This document shows positions 60,610 through 64,000 of a DNA stretch of 64,000 bases, piece by piece (the stretch's first letter is position 1; the number at the start of each line of letters is the position of its first letter). Made by a program: the position numbers and the translations under genes. The notes beneath the pieces were generated by a model. It worked only from the letters and a program-made list of their open reading frames with translations. It had not been told where the DNA came from and ran no database searches. Source of the DNA: Camelus dromedarius (Eukaryota). The stretch is from NCBI RefSeq assembly GCF_036321535.1, contig NC_087437.1, positions 54,438,001 through 54,502,000 on the forward strand, in the 5' to 3' direction.

Positions 60610-61015
60610 TTTCCTCAGCCTTGCCTTTGTCGCAGCATTTTCTCAGTCTGGATTGCTGCTCTCTGCCGTCATCACCTGTTTGAATCCAAATTCATCTTCA
60701 AGGTCCAGCACCTCCTCCATGAAGCAGGCCTTGATTTCCACCCTTTGCCCTAAACAGGGAACAATCCCTTCCTCTTATGATCTCCCATGGCTCTCTATCT
60801 GGACTGCGTGCAGGGCACTGAGCGCCGTTTACCTTCTCTTGTGGTTATCCATGTGTTTGGATTATTTGGGTCTTTAACTTCTTCAGTGCATTCATTTCTG
60901 TCTGGAATTTGGCAGACATATAGCATATACTTGTTGAGTGGATGGTCAGATGCATGAATGGTTGGATAAAAACATGGATGGATGGATGGATGATGGACAG
61001 GATGATGGATGGATC
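60610..61015 (+). mobile_element. L2 3' portion ending in a (GGAT)n tract
   Basis: tcttcaaggtccagcacctcctccatgaagc...tacttgttgagtggatgg...ggatggatggatggatg. Confidence 0.6.
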
Positions 61016-62350
61016 ATCTATACTACACTCAAACTTGGTTTCCTTAGACTAGGATTTTAACTTGTTCATCTCTAGGTCACTCCACTACCAGCACTGAGAG
61101 GGTGCCCATTCATTCATTCATTCATTCACTCCACAGTAGACTTGCACACCCTGTTTCAGGGTTACAGCAATGAATAGTCCATTTGTCAATAGTCTGCACA
61201 GAGAATAGAGAATTCTTTGGGATATGTTTTCATACTTGTAAGGTTTATCTGGAGTTTTTTTTTTTTTTTTTCTTTGACACAGCAGGACTAAGCAAGAAAT
61301 GTTTTGTTTCATTTGCATGTGTCATGGTTGTGTAAAGCAAATGCTCTCTCGTTCCGTCAGCTGGCTTGGCAGTGAAGGGAGATCTCTGGGCTTCCAAAGG
61401 CACCCAGGTATATGGCTGTCCCTTACAAACTTCCCTTAGGGATAAGTCTTCCAGTTTTTTTTTTCCCCCCAAAGGCATGAAAAGATGGACTTTATATTTT
61501 TGGAGTTTTATTCACATTAACTTTCTCTAGATCATAGAGTTGAACCCCACCCGGCAGTTTTGCTTTCAGACTGTTCCAGCACTGATGCTGGCTTGCTCTC
61601 CTTCATGGCTCGTTTTTTCGTAGCTGGTGCTCTGGTGAGGGCCACTCGTGGTCTTGTTCCTGGTGCAGCCTGCTATTTTGTGTCATCTGCTATCATTGTG
61701 ACACTTCTCCCTACTGACAATTATACATTCGCTGCAGTAATTATTTTTCTTTTTAATTTAAAAATATTTCAAGTATATAAGAGATGATAACAGAAATCCA
61801 GATTTTCCACCATCCAGATTTAGTACATAATAACATTTTCCCGTAACTTCTTCAGACACTTTTAATGAAATACAACATTGCAGATACATTGGAGAGCCCC
61901 TTAACCCCGAGATCCCCTCAGGGATAAGCATTGGTAGGGTATGCCCACTTCTTCATGTCTCTGCAAACAATGTGTTTTTAATAATTTACACAGATCTCTT
62001 TCCAGTGTTTTGAAAGGTGGTGCCAGGAGGCACAGTGCTCGTGGTTGGGCTTGCTTGGTAATGTCTCTCAGTCTTATCTTTTTAATATAGTGGCAGGATG
62101 CACACTGCTGAGTTGGTAAGTGGGAAGGAGAAGTGCGGTGGAGTCAACTGTCTGTTCCTTGGGGCTTTCTGTATTCATCACAGGAGGAGGTGTCGGACAT
62201 GGCCAGACCACAGAGCCCGCTGACTTCGGTTCATGCCAGATCGAAATCAGTGGCAAAATTGGGAGGACTTTGATGATGCTGAATTGAGGAGGCTTCAGGT
62301 TCTCACAGTGGTTCTCAGAGGGCTGGAAGGATCAGATAGGTCATCCAGTT

Positions 62351-62492
62351 TAGGGGTTCTCAGACTCACAGGAACACCAGAGTCATCCTGGAGGGTTTGC
62401 TGGACCCCATCCCACAGATGCTGATGCAGTGGATCATGAATCTGCATTTCCGACAAGCTCATGGGTTGTGTCGATGCTGATGAGAACCACTG
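62351..62492. mobile_element. MER5A nested in a MIR (about 62300-62640)
   Basis: TIR-like ends taggggttctc ... gagaaccactg; internal gaatctgcatttccgacaagctc. MIR continues with tttatagatgggggaatgagacccggaga...gacttgctcagagtcgcacagc. Confidence 0.75.
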
Positions 62493-64000
62493 ACCTAGTC
62501 CAACTGCTGGTCTGTTTGTTTTTTATAGATGGGGGAATGAGACCCGGAGATAGGTGGAAAGGACTTGCTCAGAGTCGCACAGCCATCAGGGACGAAGCTG
62601 GAGACAAAACCAGGAATCCTGGCTTGAAGTCAGCTCCACGTTGTCTCCAGAGACGGTGCAGGAGCAACATTATTAGTTCTACTGCAGAGTGGTGATTTGG
62701 TTTCACCAGCTTTGCCTAGTCTGGTCACAGATTTGTTTTTTAGGGTCTTCTGTTTAGCTCTCTCCAGCTACATTTTCTTATGCAGCTAACCCAACTTTTC
62801 GATGACTGCTGTGCACTGCGAATTGCATTTGAGCCAGCGGTGGTGTAGCACTGTGGTGATCTAAGGCAGGCGCTTCAGCTAGTCTGACTTGAGTAAATTA
62901 CTTTTTCACTTTCTCATCCGAAAATGAGAACAGTAACACCTCCTAAGACTGCTGGTAGGGCACCGAGCATGTACCCTGTCCTCACTCTGAATGGTAGCTC
63001 TCACTGCCATTCGTATTGCTAAAGAGAGTAAGATATGGTCCGCACCCTTTCCTGCATAGGTGGCTCCCTGAGCTCTGCAATTAAGAGAACGTGGGAATTA
63101 GTAGAAGAGACACATGGCTTGGAATTAGAAGAGCTGAGTTCAAGTCCCAACTTTGTCACTTTTTAGCTTGTGGTCTTGGGCAAGTCACCTGACCTCTCTG
63201 AGCGATAATTTGAAGCAGGTAAACTTAGTCTATGTAATAGAAGAGCATAATGAGCAAGAGGAAAGACAGAAATTGGGAAGGAGTGGAAATTTGTCTAGTA
63301 AGTCCAAGTGTTGGGTTGATGGGGAATGATTCTTAATGAGAAGAGGCCAGCAGAAGGAGTTGGGTGCCTGAGGCTTAGCGTTGGAAGGGGCAGTAGGCTT
63401 GGGGGTGGTCTGGTGTTGGTGGACTGGGCTGGCCAGCCCAGAGAGGGGCTTGCTCACAACCCAGGAGAGATGTCCTCACTCCCATATCTGGGTCCCCACC
63501 AGTGGAGAACCACCAGGACTGGGAGGGAGAGCTGGTTGAAGTAAAGTGGGTACCAGCATTGGAGCTTGGCCAGAGTGATGGCATCTGCCTTGGACTGGGG
63601 CCTTGAGACATATTCACAGTTCTGCACTCTAGACCAGCATAGGAGGGTGAAAGATGGTGCAGTGATTGGAACCCTGGATTGACCTGGCACCTTGGTTTCT
63701 GTGTTTATTTAACAGCAAGGAGATTAGATTAGAAAGGTACTGGACATGATTGCTGTATTTCTCATGATTGGTTCTGGGAGAGGCCTGGCTAGAGATCAAG
63801 GTGGTCCTCAGGAAGATAAAGAGAAGGGCTCCCCCGAGCCTCAGTTTCCTTACCTGTAAAATGGGAGTGGTGATGGTGATTATGTTGATGTTGTCTGTTT
63901 CTGTCTGGATCCAGGATGGAGGTACTTGTCTGTGGGAAGGTGCTTCCTGATGCTGAAATACCGGAGACTTGCGTGGTGGTGTATTACAGGGGGGGGGGCT

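Noticed and set aside
62233..62424. Protein-looking ORF MPDRNQWQNWEDFDDAELRRLQ...
   Set aside because: Runs into MIR/MER5A sequence and lacks convincing splice signals.
40330..64000. Assigning a gene symbol to the CpG island gene
   Set aside because: No coding exon or UTR I could match with confidence; needs BLAST or synteny.
1..64000. Prokaryote-type systems (CRISPR arrays, operons, IS elements)
   Set aside because: The sequence is mammalian; no regularly spaced repeat-spacer array or dense ORF structure is present.

Overview
Mammalian genomic DNA, most likely camelid (inferred from four Vic-1-like tRNA-derived SINEs and cetartiodactyl-type L1 3' ends; I saw no Alu, Bov-A/tA, PRE-1 or Can-SINE). 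It is non-coding and rich in repeats (MIR, L2, L1, MLT1, MER5, MER94, one ERV1-type solo LTR). The main landmark is a CpG island promoter at about 40.3-41.85 kb. It has two plus-strand splice donors (41304|41305 and 41485|41486), which suggests alternative first exons of a gene whose long first intron runs toward the window end. I could not identify the gene or support any cellular protein-coding exon; the only protein homology I recognise is decayed L1 ORF2. Best leads: a candidate recursive-splice site with RS-exon (48414-48463), an apparent L1-mobilised retrocopy of an LTR 3' end (32826-33038), a perfect MARE (57150-57162) and an NRF2/NF-E2 site (29088-29098), and several candidate small exons. 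I found no clear evidence of a new multi-gene system. Repeat family names come from recall of consensus sequences, not a search, and most repeat boundaries without TSDs are approximate.
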